Notes under the pieces: model-generated
Databases searched by the model: none
Told to the model about the DNA's origin: nothing
The model's input: only the letters and a program-made list of their open reading frames with translations
NCBI GenBank assembly: GCA_043813075.1
Contig: JBDRLL010000003.1
Span: forward strand, 96,001-160,000
Direction: 5' to 3'
Source of the DNA: Candidatus Altiarchaeota archaeon
GTDB lineage: Archaea; Altiarchaeota; Altiarchaeia; IMC4; SCGC-AAA252-I15
DNA: 64,000 nucleotides
Shown: positions 9,171 to 18,325 of the stretch, in pieces
Layout of the letters: each line of letters starts with the position of its first letter
How positions within the stretch are numbered: position 1 is the first letter of the stretch
Translations under genes and position numbers: made by a program

Positions 9171-11351
9171 ATGCAATTCTGGCGTGGGGGTATTGCAAGG
9201 GACTTGCTGTTCCTGGTCTGCCTTTCTGCGGTTATACTAGTCATCGGAGCATCCAGCATAAGGGAGAAGTCTCCAGTATGGGACGAACCATATTATGTTG
9301 GAGCGGGATACTACATGCTCAGACAGTGGGATAAACCGTGGATAAACTATACCAGCCTAGTTCCCATAATAACGCACCCCCCGCTACCGTATTACGTCAA
9401 CAGCATACCGTTCTACATATACGACTTGATTGGCGACTTCTCGGATGGAGGATTGTTTGATACAAATGAGAGCGAACTAGTCACGTATCCGCCACCAAGC
9501 GTGGATGAGATATTGGATTTGAAGAGGGATTATCCTGAAAAATTCGGGCAGAGATTCATATACTCTGACGAATACGAGGAGTACGACCTCCTGTTCTACT
9601 CGAGGTGCTCGATGCTACTATTGCTGATACTATGCAGCACATACATGTTCGTGATTGCCAAGAGATACTACGGTTTCGAGACGGCCTGCGTGATAACCGC
9701 TTTATTCTCGCTAAACCCGAGCATACTCGCACACGCCAGGCTGGCGACAACCGATATCGCTCCGGCATGCTTTAATCTCATATCATTCTACTACTTCACG
9801 CTTTTCATGGAGAGGAAGAGTCTGACGAGGGGTCTTGCTGTAGGCATAACACTCGGACTGGCCTTGCTCAGCAAGGAATCCAGCACCTACCTGCTGGCAC
9901 TATATTCCGCAATAGTATTCATCCGACTAGTGTCATGGTTTGTGTCGAGGGTCGTGCATGTAGTAAAGACTTGTTGTGGTCTTATGAGTGATAAAAACAG
10001 AATGTCCGAGTCCATCGCGTCGATGCTAACTTGGAGTAGGTTTAGGGGGAGCCTCCCGCTCTTAGGGCTCATAACGCTCATCTCACTGACAGGTGTTTCA
10101 GTATACCATGGCGGGGAAAAAAGCACTATAGTATACGTTGTGGTGATAACGCTTTTCATGATCTTCTACTCTGAGGGGAGGAAGAGGGCTTTCATTGGTT
10201 TTGTCAGATGGTTTTTCCGGCTTTTGAGGTCGCTGACACCATACGCGATGATTGTTGTTTTAGCGACAACCACATTGAATGCGGGGTACTTGTTCACGGA
10301 GATAAACTACGACTGGCTCGAGAACTGGGGGGGTATCCTGCTAAAGGACGTCCGCTTCTCGCAAGACGAGATGATGGATAGGAGCATTAGGGGTTATGCC
10401 CTTGGCTTGAGACTGCCTGTGTCAGACTACTACCTCTACACTATAATGAATACGCGAGTTCATATGAGGGTCGGGCACCCAAGCTACATAAAGGATGTTA
10501 TAATCTCTAGTAGGGAGGTGGGCGAGATGAAACCCGGATTCGTGGAGGACGAGATGCTGAAGATAAGGGAGGGTGTTAGTGTGAAGAAGAGGATGGACTA
10601 CTGGGTGACGCTATTCCTGATAAAAGCCCCTGAAGGGCTTCTGATACTGCTGCTCTTCTCGATATTCTACTTCTTCTCAAACCAATTCAAGAGGGGGATA
10701 GTCAACGATAAGTTGACATGGTTCAGGACGTGCCTTGTGCTGAACATAATCACGGCCTGCATGATGATTCTCGCATCAACCATACTGATTGGCGTAAGAC
10801 TTGTGTTATTCATATTTCCGCTATTGTATCTACTACTAGCGGAGCCGATGAAGGCTCTGCTGTCTGGCGGCAGAACCTCCAGGAGACTAGCATACATCAT
10901 CATAGCATTATCGGTACTCCCAGCTGTCATATACCACCCGCACTACATCCCCTACTTCAATCAGTTGGTTGGCGGCCCGGAAAACGGATACACTTACGCT
11001 TCAGACTCGAATGTTGACTGGGGTCAGGATTTGCCTGGCCTGAAGGAGTATATGGACGAGAAAGGCATTGACGAGATTAAACTGGCATACTTCGGGACCG
11101 CGAGGATAGATGAGTATGGGATAGAGTATTTTTCACTGCCAAACAACCAGGGGATAGAGATGTTCTCTGGGCAGCGGAGTCCTGACGTGGAGTGCGGCCC
11201 TGTTGAGGGCATACTCGCAGTCAGCGCGACAAGCCTGACAGGGCAGTTCGGAGACCCCGGATGCTATGAGTGGCTTAGAGGCTACGAACCGATGGACAAC
11301 ATAGGATATTCCATACTAGTCTATAACATCACCAATGCAACAGCAGGCTAG
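9171..11351 (+). CDS. GT-C fold lipid-carrier-dependent glycosyltransferase (ArnT/PMT family)
   Basis: WDEPYY, HPPL, NPSILAHARLATTD, LALLSK, YFNQLVGG, DSNVDWGQDL motifs; many TM segments. Confidence 0.88.
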   Translation: MQFWRGGIARDLLFLVCLSAVILVIGASSIREKSPVWDEPYYVGAGYYMLRQWDKPWINYTSLVPIITHPPLPYYVNSIPFYIYDLIGDFSDGGLFDTNESELVTYPPPSVDEILDLKRDYPEKFGQRFIYSDEYEEYDLLFYSRCSMLLLLILCSTYMFVIAKRYYGFETACVITALFSLNPSILAHARLATTDIAPACFNLISFYYFTLFMERKSLTRGLAVGITLGLALLSKESSTYLLALYSAIVFIRLVSWFVSRVVHVVKTCCGLMSDKNRMSESIASMLTWSRFRGSLPLLGLITLISLTGVSVYHGGEKSTIVYVVVITLFMIFYSEGRKRAFIGFVRWFFRLLRSLTPYAMIVVLATTTLNAGYLFTEINYDWLENWGGILLKDVRFSQDEMMDRSIRGYALGLRLPVSDYYLYTIMNTRVHMRVGHPSYIKDVIISSREVGEMKPGFVEDEMLKIREGVSVKKRMDYWVTLFLIKAPEGLLILLLFSIFYFFSNQFKRGIVNDKLTWFRTCLVLNIITACMMILASTILIGVRLVLFIFPLLYLLLAEPMKALLSGGRTSRRLAYIIIALSVLPAVIYHPHYIPYFNQLVGGPENGYTYASDSNVDWGQDLPGLKEYMDEKGIDEIKLAYFGTARIDEYGIEYFSLPNNQGIEMFSGQRSPDVECGPVEGILAVSATSLTGQFGDPGCYEWLRGYEPMDNIGYSILVYNITNATAG

Positions 11352-11354
11352 CGG

Positions 11355-11645
11355 CTATGCTTTGGAAGGAGTGTTCTGGAATCTGCTCCAGTAGGCTAGG
11401 GCAGATACTGTCACCAAGATTATAACCAGGTAAGAGGTAAGTGAGGTTATGGCTATGCCAGCATTCTTGTTTATAAAGTATATTATAAGATGTGGTATCA
11501 CACCCAGTATGGCGCTTAATCCGATCCTCTCGACTATACTGACGTCATTGCGCTTAGGGAATATTGCGAGGGATAGGGCGTACCCAGGGACGAATATGAA
11601 CAAGAGGGAGATTATTGTGCCCCAGAATATGCTTTGACCGTCCAT
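11355..11645 (-). CDS. Small membrane protein (DUF1616-like)
   Basis: FVPGYALSLAIFP...ERIGLS motif; three TM helices. Confidence 0.75.
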   Translation of the reverse strand: MDGQSIFWGTIISLLFIFVPGYALSLAIFPKRNDVSIVERIGLSAILGVIPHLIIYFINKNAGIAITSLTSYLVIILVTVSALAYWSRFQNTPSKA

Positions 11646-11680
11646 CCTTTATTATTACACAACAAGCCCATAAAAAGCCT

Positions 11681-12766
11681 TTAAAGCATGTCTGCAATGA
11701 AGAAGGGCGAGTAGGCGAGGAATTTGACCGCGAACCGGGGGTTGAAGGCTAGGCTGCTGATAACCCTTGACGCATAGTCCATGTCGCCCCCACTCTCAAG
11801 ACTGCCCCTTACAGACTGGAGTAGGTCGAAGAGACGATCCAGACTCTTTGGTGAAAGCCCGGATAAGAAACGATGTATGAACAAGTGCATGAGAAGCTCG
11901 CGTCCGACCGCCCTCTTCCATTCGCGCTCGTATTGGTCGCTGAAAGCATATTCAGCAGCCAGACCGCCCATGACGATTCCGCCGCCGGTGGAAGCCTTCA
12001 CCTGCCCTCCAGCATCCCCCACAGTCACCAGACCATCGTACTGCGTCCTCATCGACGGCTTGTGTATGGGTATTATCCCGTAGTGCTCGTCGAACACCGT
12101 GTCTTTTCTGAGGCGGCCTTCATCACGCAGTTTTTTCACGAATGCCTCCATGTAGGGCCTTGGATTTCTCTTGGTGCAGAGTCCGATGCGAGCACGGTCC
12201 CCGATGGGTATGACCCATGCGAAGAAGTCAGGGACGGTGAAATACAATTCAGCGAAATCATTGTCGCATTCAACGTCCATCTCGTACTGCATTCCAATGA
12301 GGAATTCGCTCGGCTTTTCAATGCCCATTGTGATGTGGAGTGAGTAGTCCGTTCCGGTGGCGAGGGCTATTCGGTCGGCCTTTATCTTGGAGCCGTCACT
12401 GGTGGATATTGTGCCATTGACGTCAACCACGCGGCCGGTGGCCCGGACTGCTCCCGCATCAACTGCCTTGTTTAAGAGGTGGCCGTCAAAACCTATACGA
12501 TCCACCACACACGCCATCGTCTTGCCGCCATCAGCCTCGAACAGCACGCCCCCTGGAGAGTAGAACCTCGCGCCACGAATCCTGTTCAATATGAAATCCC
12601 CGTCACTAACGCCCAGTCTCTCAAGTCCAGACTTGCTTATCAGGCCCGCACACTGGACCCTGCAGACGTCGCCGCCTATCAGCGCGACATCCATTGACTT
12701 GGCGGCGTGCGTTGCTGCGATACAACCTACGGGGCCTGCACCCACCACAGCAGCGTCATATTTCAT
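11681..12766 (-). CDS. Geranylgeranyl reductase family FAD oxidoreductase
   Basis: GAGPVG, CAGLIS, DRIGFD, FAWVIP, VGDAGGQVKASTGGGI. Confidence 0.88.
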   Translation of the reverse strand: MKYDAAVVGAGPVGCIAATHAAKSMDVALIGGDVCRVQCAGLISKSGLERLGVSDGDFILNRIRGARFYSPGGVLFEADGGKTMACVVDRIGFDGHLLNKAVDAGAVRATGRVVDVNGTISTSDGSKIKADRIALATGTDYSLHITMGIEKPSEFLIGMQYEMDVECDNDFAELYFTVPDFFAWVIPIGDRARIGLCTKRNPRPYMEAFVKKLRDEGRLRKDTVFDEHYGIIPIHKPSMRTQYDGLVTVGDAGGQVKASTGGGIVMGGLAAEYAFSDQYEREWKRAVGRELLMHLFIHRFLSGLSPKSLDRLFDLLQSVRGSLESGGDMDYASRVISSLAFNPRFAVKFLAYSPFFIADML

Positions 12767-13464
12767 TTCTTCTTGTGCTTAGAATAAGCCAGGAGCAGCC
12801 TATTGGTTGAAACCAGTATCTTATCCTTCCTATCCGTCTTGACTTCTATCAGCTTCTTACTCTCAAGCGACTCAGCCCACTCCATGACAGTGTTCTTGTC
12901 TGAGTCGAGGAGTATCGCCGCGTCAATCAGCTTGACCCTCTTCAGTCTTGCGACAGTCTTGGCGAGTTCCTTTGGTCCGGAAGACTTGGCCTGCGACTTT
13001 TCCCTCTTTTCGGGGGATGCTATGAGGTCGTCGAATGAATCCTCTGTTAGAGGGGTCACTATCCTCTGTGATACGGGCCTCTCGGGTTCAGTGGGCCTTG
13101 CCTTGGAGGCGTATTCCAGTTCGTCGGTTATCCTCTTGACGTCATCCTCAAGACGTTTCACGTCAGATTCTCTCCCAGCGAGCTTTGACGCCCATTCGGA
13201 GTCCTTGTTTCTAACTTCTTCACGCAATTGGCGTATGGTTTCGTTGGAGCGCATGAGGTGGTATGTTAGGACATCCATCTTCTCAGCGACTGCGATAGCG
13301 TATAGCTGGTCTGGGTGCGCTCCGGTGAGGGAACGCTGGTACCATGCGTCAAGCTCCTGCTCACGCTTCAAGAGCATTGCGTGTTCACGCACGTATTTTC
13401 TCTCAAGTTCCTCGTATCTCCTGCGTTCTTCCTTAAGCTGTTTTTCCAGGTCTTCCCCAGCCAT
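12763..13464 (-). CDS. Hypothetical coiled-coil protein with C-terminal winged-helix-like domain
   Basis: Heptad-rich N-terminal half; C-terminal VKLIDAAILL..VMEWAESLESKKLIEV; packed between purA and the reductase. Confidence 0.65.
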   Translation of the reverse strand: MAGEDLEKQLKEERRRYEELERKYVREHAMLLKREQELDAWYQRSLTGAHPDQLYAIAVAEKMDVLTYHLMRSNETIRQLREEVRNKDSEWASKLAGRESDVKRLEDDVKRITDELEYASKARPTEPERPVSQRIVTPLTEDSFDDLIASPEKREKSQAKSSGPKELAKTVARLKRVKLIDAAILLDSDKNTVMEWAESLESKKLIEVKTDRKDKILVSTNRLLLAYSKHKKK

Positions 13465-13467
13465 TCT

Positions 13468-14544
13468 TCAATCACCCCTTAAGTCGATCACGTCAACGTC
13501 CTCAGGCCCCGTTGAGATTATAGCCACCGTGACGCCCACCTTATCCTCTATGTTCTTTATGTGGGCTAGCGCGTCCGCCGGCAAGTCATCTATGGATGTT
13601 GCACCAGCGCATTCTGGGAACAGTTTGTCGAGGCATGTGACGCATATTCTCGTTGCACCATTCACTCTCGCAGAGTATCTGGCGAGAGTGAAGTCGAATG
13701 AGCCTATCTTCCTCGGTCTGCCGGTTACTGTACCTACTTCGCCGAGATAACACGCTATCCGCTCGTTGTCGTTTTCGCCCTTGCACCCGGCATCCTCAGC
13801 CCACTTCAGGACGTTAGTCCATATGCTGCTGCCCTCTATCTCCTCGTTTGTCAGGTAGTGGACGTATGGGTCTTCACCAACCCTGCTCATGTAAGCCTTG
13901 TATATGACGTACACATCGTCTACTCGTGTTGGGCCCACGCCCATGTCTGCTGCGGCGGTGGATGCTGAAGTGTCCTTGCTGGTCACATAGGGGTAGTTGC
14001 CGTAGTAGAGGCTTAGTCCGAATCCCTGGCTTGCCTCGATGAGCACTTCCTCCCCCGCATCAATGGCGTCGTTAACTATCTGGGGCACGTCGGCTATGAA
14101 GTCCTTGAGTTCTGGGAAGTCCTTGGCCTGCCTTGCCACACGATTGACTCGGGCAGCATTCGCCGGACCGCATCCGGAGCCGGTTGTCCCTATCTTCTTG
14201 CTGTTGGCTCCCCTATCCTCCTGCTTGTGTTTTTCCTCGATGACTGCGCAACGCTTGTCGACGAATACGCGCCCACGGGTATTAGTCTCATCAACCTCCT
14301 TCATCAAAGTTGGTATGTCCACGAGTACTCCCGCCCCAATCAGCAGCTTCGCTGTCTGATTCATGAACCCGCAGTTTATCATCCGCAGCCCGTATTTCCT
14401 GCCGTTGTGGACTATCGTATGGCCTGCGTTAGGCCCGACACCAGCCCGCCCTATCACCGACGGATTGTCCTTTAATGCGAGATAGGATATTATCTTGCCC
14501 TTGCCCTCATCCCCGTAATGTCCTCCAACCACTATAGAAACCAT
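13468..14544 (-). CDS. purA: Adenylosuccinate synthetase (short archaeal type)
   Basis: GGHYGDEGKGK, GPNAGHT, IGTTGSGCGPA, YPYVTS, GTVTGRPR; likely start MVSIVV at 14544. Confidence 0.96.
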   Translation of the reverse strand: MVSIVVGGHYGDEGKGKIISYLALKDNPSVIGRAGVGPNAGHTIVHNGRKYGLRMINCGFMNQTAKLLIGAGVLVDIPTLMKEVDETNTRGRVFVDKRCAVIEEKHKQEDRGANSKKIGTTGSGCGPANAARVNRVARQAKDFPELKDFIADVPQIVNDAIDAGEEVLIEASQGFGLSLYYGNYPYVTSKDTSASTAAADMGVGPTRVDDVYVIYKAYMSRVGEDPYVHYLTNEEIEGSSIWTNVLKWAEDAGCKGENDNERIACYLGEVGTVTGRPRKIGSFDFTLARYSARVNGATRICVTCLDKLFPECAGATSIDDLPADALAHIKNIEDKVGVTVAIISTGPEDVDVIDLRGD

Positions 14545-14589
14545 ATCGTACACCCTATTTGAAAACAAGTAAAATAGTGGGATTGAATA

Positions 14590-14597
14590 TTATTAAG
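14590..14597 (+). promoter_or_regulatory. TATA box of a probably leaderless transcript
   Basis: TTATTAAG 21 nt upstream of the ATG at 14619; same spacing seen at other genes. Confidence 0.5.
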
Positions 14598-14618
14598 CTG
14601 GCTTCACATTAGGTTAAG

Positions 14619-15197
14619 ATGCTGGATAAACGCGACTGCAGGGCCATTAAGGCCGATTTGGACAAGCTCAGCAGGGGTAAGATAGAGGTCATGAAGCAGT
14701 CGAGGGAGATTGTTAAGGCGTCTAAGGAGCTGATATACAGCATACACCGGGGGGACGTTAAGGGATCCCGTGCGCTTCTCGCCAACATCCGGAAGAAGAG
14801 GGGGGTGCTTGATAGGATAGCCTCAACCCCGAGGCTTAGGGCATACCATCCGTACATCAATGGCGTGCAGGAGTATGTTGAGGCTGTATCATACCACTAC
14901 GTGATGACTAGTGGGCATATTCCATCCCGGAAAGACCTTGACGTGGACAGCGAGACGTATCTGATGGGCCTGTCAGACCTGACGGGCGAGCTTATGAGGA
15001 AGGGTGTCGACGACATGGTGAATGAGAGATACGCGCATGCGATAATGATGAGGGATGCGGTGGCCGAGATTTACGGTCTCATGCTCAGTCTTGACCTGGA
15101 TGGTGGTGAGGCGCGGAGAAAGTCTGATGCGGTCAAGTGGAACCTGGCGAAGCTCGAGGATTTGGTGTACGATGCCAAGATAAGGGACAAGATATGA
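14619..15197 (+). CDS. Translin/Trax family protein (C3PO-like RNase)
   Basis: QEYVEA and YLMGLSDLTGELMR motifs, RRKSD near the C-terminus. Confidence 0.88.
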   Translation: MLDKRDCRAIKADLDKLSRGKIEVMKQSREIVKASKELIYSIHRGDVKGSRALLANIRKKRGVLDRIASTPRLRAYHPYINGVQEYVEAVSYHYVMTSGHIPSRKDLDVDSETYLMGLSDLTGELMRKGVDDMVNERYAHAIMMRDAVAEIYGLMLSLDLDGGEARRKSDAVKWNLAKLEDLVYDAKIRDKI

Positions 15198-15712
15198 TGG
15201 AAGACTTCAGGTATCATATGATGGCGGCTGCCGCGATTGCGGTGATACTTTTTCTCATAGGAGTGATGGTGGGGATGGGTTTGGGCTACTATGCCATCCC
15301 ATCGGTGATGGATAGGATTGACCCGACTACGACAACCACTACCAGCAGCACGACGACCACTACTACAAGCACAACGACCACGAGCACAACGACATCCACG
15401 ACTTCAACAACAACCACGACCATGGAGCCGTTCTACGTTTGCGCAGAGGAGTTGATGAGGGACGAGTTCGTTGAAACCGAATGCTACGGGAAGACTAGCG
15501 GAGAATACTACAACAGCTCGATGAAGTCCACAGTATGGTATGTGTTGAACAACACCGCTATCGGAGACCACGCCTCCAACAGGGTGAAGGTGGTGGAAGA
15601 CACCTGCTACTACACCCTCAAGAAGCTGAACTTCCAGGTTGGCGCGCTTTCCACATGCGTGATACCCCAGGAAAGGAACTGCACGCTGGACGCGGACCTC
15701 ATTACAGACTGA
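15194..15712 (+). CDS. Membrane-anchored Thr-rich surface protein
   Basis: N-terminal TM helix, ~32-residue poly-Thr/Ser linker, Cys-containing C-terminal domain; ATGA overlap with translin stop. Confidence 0.75.
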   Translation: MMEDFRYHMMAAAAIAVILFLIGVMVGMGLGYYAIPSVMDRIDPTTTTTTSSTTTTTTSTTTTSTTTSTTSTTTTTMEPFYVCAEELMRDEFVETECYGKTSGEYYNSSMKSTVWYVLNNTAIGDHASNRVKVVEDTCYYTLKKLNFQVGALSTCVIPQERNCTLDADLITD

Positions 15713-15772
15713 GGCACCGATTAGTTTAAATTCATCGATACATATTACTAGTATGTTCTCAGGGGTGATGTG

Positions 15773-16015
15773 ATGGAGTATCAGGTTGAAGTGCGCGTAA
15801 GCCTTAAAAAGGGTGTTCTTGACGCTGAAGGCGAGACCGTGCAGAAGTCCCTTAGCCTGCTCGGATTCAGGATAAGCAGGGTCGAGACTGTCAAGACGTA
15901 CGTGATAACCGTCGACGCCGGCTCTGAAGACGCGGCAGTTAAGACCGTTGAAGACGCATGCCAGAGGCTTCTAGCAAACCCGGTCATACAGGAGTATTCC
16001 ATAACGGTGGTGTAG
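15773..16015 (+). CDS. purS: FGAM synthase subunit PurS
   Basis: LKKGVLDAEG...LLANPVIQEY; upstream GGGGTGA SD. Confidence 0.96.
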   Translation: MEYQVEVRVSLKKGVLDAEGETVQKSLSLLGFRISRVETVKTYVITVDAGSEDAAVKTVEDACQRLLANPVIQEYSITVV

Positions 16016-18325
16016 TTGTACAAGAAGATAGTCGAACACGTCTACGAAGTAGACCTGCTCAACGCAACAGACGATGAGTTAAAACAAGTGACTGCCGAAC
16101 GGAGTCTCGGCCTATCGCTCGGCGAGATGAAGATGGTGAGAGACCACTTCAAGAACGAAGGCAGGAACCCCAGGGACGTTGAGCTGGAGGCCATAGCCCA
16201 GAGCTGGAGTGAACACTGCTGCTACAAGACGAGCAAACCCATACTGAAGGATACTGTATTCAACATCAAGGCCCCGCAGAACATCTGCGTGATAAGCGAG
16301 GACGCGGGTGTCGTGGACTTCGATGATAAACACGCCTATGTTGTGGCGCTTGAGTCTCACAATCACCCGTCTGCGCTAGACCCGTATGGTGGGGCGGCTA
16401 CTGGAGTCGGCGGGATACTGCGTGATGTCGTGTGCATGGGCGCGCAGCCTATCGCATTGATTGACCCGCTGTTTTTCGGCCCGCTCGATTATGATGAGAA
16501 GAAGCTTCCTAAGGGCGTCAAACATCCTAGATACTTGTTTCACGGCGTGATAGCGGGGATAGCGGACTATGGTAATCGCGTGGGCGTGCCAACTATCGCG
16601 GGCATGGTGTGTTTTGACGAGAGCTACGTCTCGAACTGCCTGGTTAACGTTGGTTGCATCGGGATACTGCCGAAGGACGAGATAATACACAGCAGGGCTG
16701 GCGGTTCAGGCGACGTCTTCATACTTGCTGGCGGCAAGACGGGGCGTGACGGGATTCACGGCGTCACATTCGCTTCCGCTGAACTGCATGAGGAGAGTGA
16801 CGAGGAAAGCAGGCCTGCAGTCCAACTGGGTTACGCGATAATGAAGGAGCCGTTGACACACGCATGTCTTGAAGCCAACAGGAAGAAGCTTTTGACTGGC
16901 ATGAAGGATTTCGGGGGAGGTGGGTTGAGCTGTGTTTCAGCGGAGATGGCGCATTCAGCCGGACTTGGCGCGACAATACGCTTGGACAATGTAATGCTGA
17001 AGGAGCCGGGGCTGGCGCCCTGGGAGATATGGGTGTCGGAGAGCCAGGAACGCATGCTGGTTTCGGTTAAGCCTGAAAACGTGGACAGCGTACTTGAGAT
17101 ATTCGACTTCTGGGATGTTCCCGCCGCAGTCGTCGGAGAGGTCGACGATTCCGGGAGGATAAAGGCCACATACCAGGGCGTTGAAGTCCTGAACCTTGAG
17201 TTGGAGTACCTGATAAAGGGTGTGTGCTACAACAGGCCCTACAGGAAGCCTCAAGCCTGCCTGACTGAGGTGGAATTCGAGATGCCTGAACTCGGTGATG
17301 CTTGCATGAGAATTCTTAACATGCAGAATGTTGGCAGCAGGGAGACGATAGTGAGGCGCTATGACCATGAAGTCAGGGGCAGCACAGTCATCAAGCCCAT
17401 GCAGGGCGTGGTCAACAGGCAGACTCACGGGGATGCTTCCGTCTTGAAGCCTCTTGAAGACTCCTATCAGGGCCTTTCAATCACATCCGACGTGAACCCT
17501 TTCCTATGCAGGGCTGACCCATATTGGGGTTCTGCGAGCGCTGTGGACGAGGTCGTGAGGAACCTTGTGGCGGTAAACAGCATGCCACACTCTATGGCTG
17601 ACTGCCTTAACTTCGGGAACCCGGAGAAGGAGGAGCGGCTCGGGGACTTCGTGTCAGCTACGGAGGGATTATATTTCGCGGCTAACGCTTATGGGATACC
17701 ATTCGTTTCAGGGAACGTGAGCTTATACAATGAGGCTCCGAAGGGGCCGATAGCGCCGACACCCACACTCCTGGGGGTGGGGATAGTTAAGGACGTTAGG
17801 AAGTGCGTGACCTCGGACTTGAAGGATGAGGGCAGCATAGTATACCTGATAGGGGAGACGATGAGGGAGATGCGCGGCTCCCAGTACTACCGCATGATGA
17901 ATCTGGATGGCGGATGCGTTCCGACAGTAGACCCAGGTAAGACCAAGAAGAGCATGGAAGAACTGCTGGCCGCCATGGACAAGGGCATCGTTAGGAGCTG
18001 CCATGACCTGAGCGAAGGCGGGCTGCTCGTCGCCCTGGCTGAAATGTGCTTTGGCGGGGATATGGGTGTTGAAGCGGACTTGAACGGGATGGGAGACTTG
18101 CGGACAGACTTCAAACTGTTCAGCGAGTCCAACAGCAGGTGGCTTGTTGAGGTATCTCCAGGTAAGGCGGATGAGTTCGAGGAGAATGTGGGTTGCGTCA
18201 AGATTGGGGTCGTAAAGTCGGCTAAGAAAATCGTATTGTCTGATGGTGATGTCAAAATCGAATTGAGTCTCGAGGAGTTAAGAGACAGGTGGGATTCCGC
18301 GATAGGCAGGGAGGTCCCGGAATGA
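16016..18325 (+). CDS. purL: FGAM synthase subunit PurL
   Basis: SWSEHCCYK, ESHNHPSA, GRDGIHG, SESQERM, NFGNPE, SGNVSLYN. Confidence 0.97.
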   Translation: MYKKIVEHVYEVDLLNATDDELKQVTAERSLGLSLGEMKMVRDHFKNEGRNPRDVELEAIAQSWSEHCCYKTSKPILKDTVFNIKAPQNICVISEDAGVVDFDDKHAYVVALESHNHPSALDPYGGAATGVGGILRDVVCMGAQPIALIDPLFFGPLDYDEKKLPKGVKHPRYLFHGVIAGIADYGNRVGVPTIAGMVCFDESYVSNCLVNVGCIGILPKDEIIHSRAGGSGDVFILAGGKTGRDGIHGVTFASAELHEESDEESRPAVQLGYAIMKEPLTHACLEANRKKLLTGMKDFGGGGLSCVSAEMAHSAGLGATIRLDNVMLKEPGLAPWEIWVSESQERMLVSVKPENVDSVLEIFDFWDVPAAVVGEVDDSGRIKATYQGVEVLNLELEYLIKGVCYNRPYRKPQACLTEVEFEMPELGDACMRILNMQNVGSRETIVRRYDHEVRGSTVIKPMQGVVNRQTHGDASVLKPLEDSYQGLSITSDVNPFLCRADPYWGSASAVDEVVRNLVAVNSMPHSMADCLNFGNPEKEERLGDFVSATEGLYFAANAYGIPFVSGNVSLYNEAPKGPIAPTPTLLGVGIVKDVRKCVTSDLKDEGSIVYLIGETMREMRGSQYYRMMNLDGGCVPTVDPGKTKKSMEELLAAMDKGIVRSCHDLSEGGLLVALAEMCFGGDMGVEADLNGMGDLRTDFKLFSESNSRWLVEVSPGKADEFEENVGCVKIGVVKSAKKIVLSDGDVKIELSLEELRDRWDSAIGREVPE

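Noticed and set aside
12803-13750. 315-aa plus-strand ORF
   Set aside because: Ser-rich antisense shadow of purA and the coiled-coil gene; no motifs.
15325-15423. ACN-rich tract as a DNA tandem repeat or contingency locus
   Set aside because: Codons are mixed; explained by the poly-Thr protein linker.
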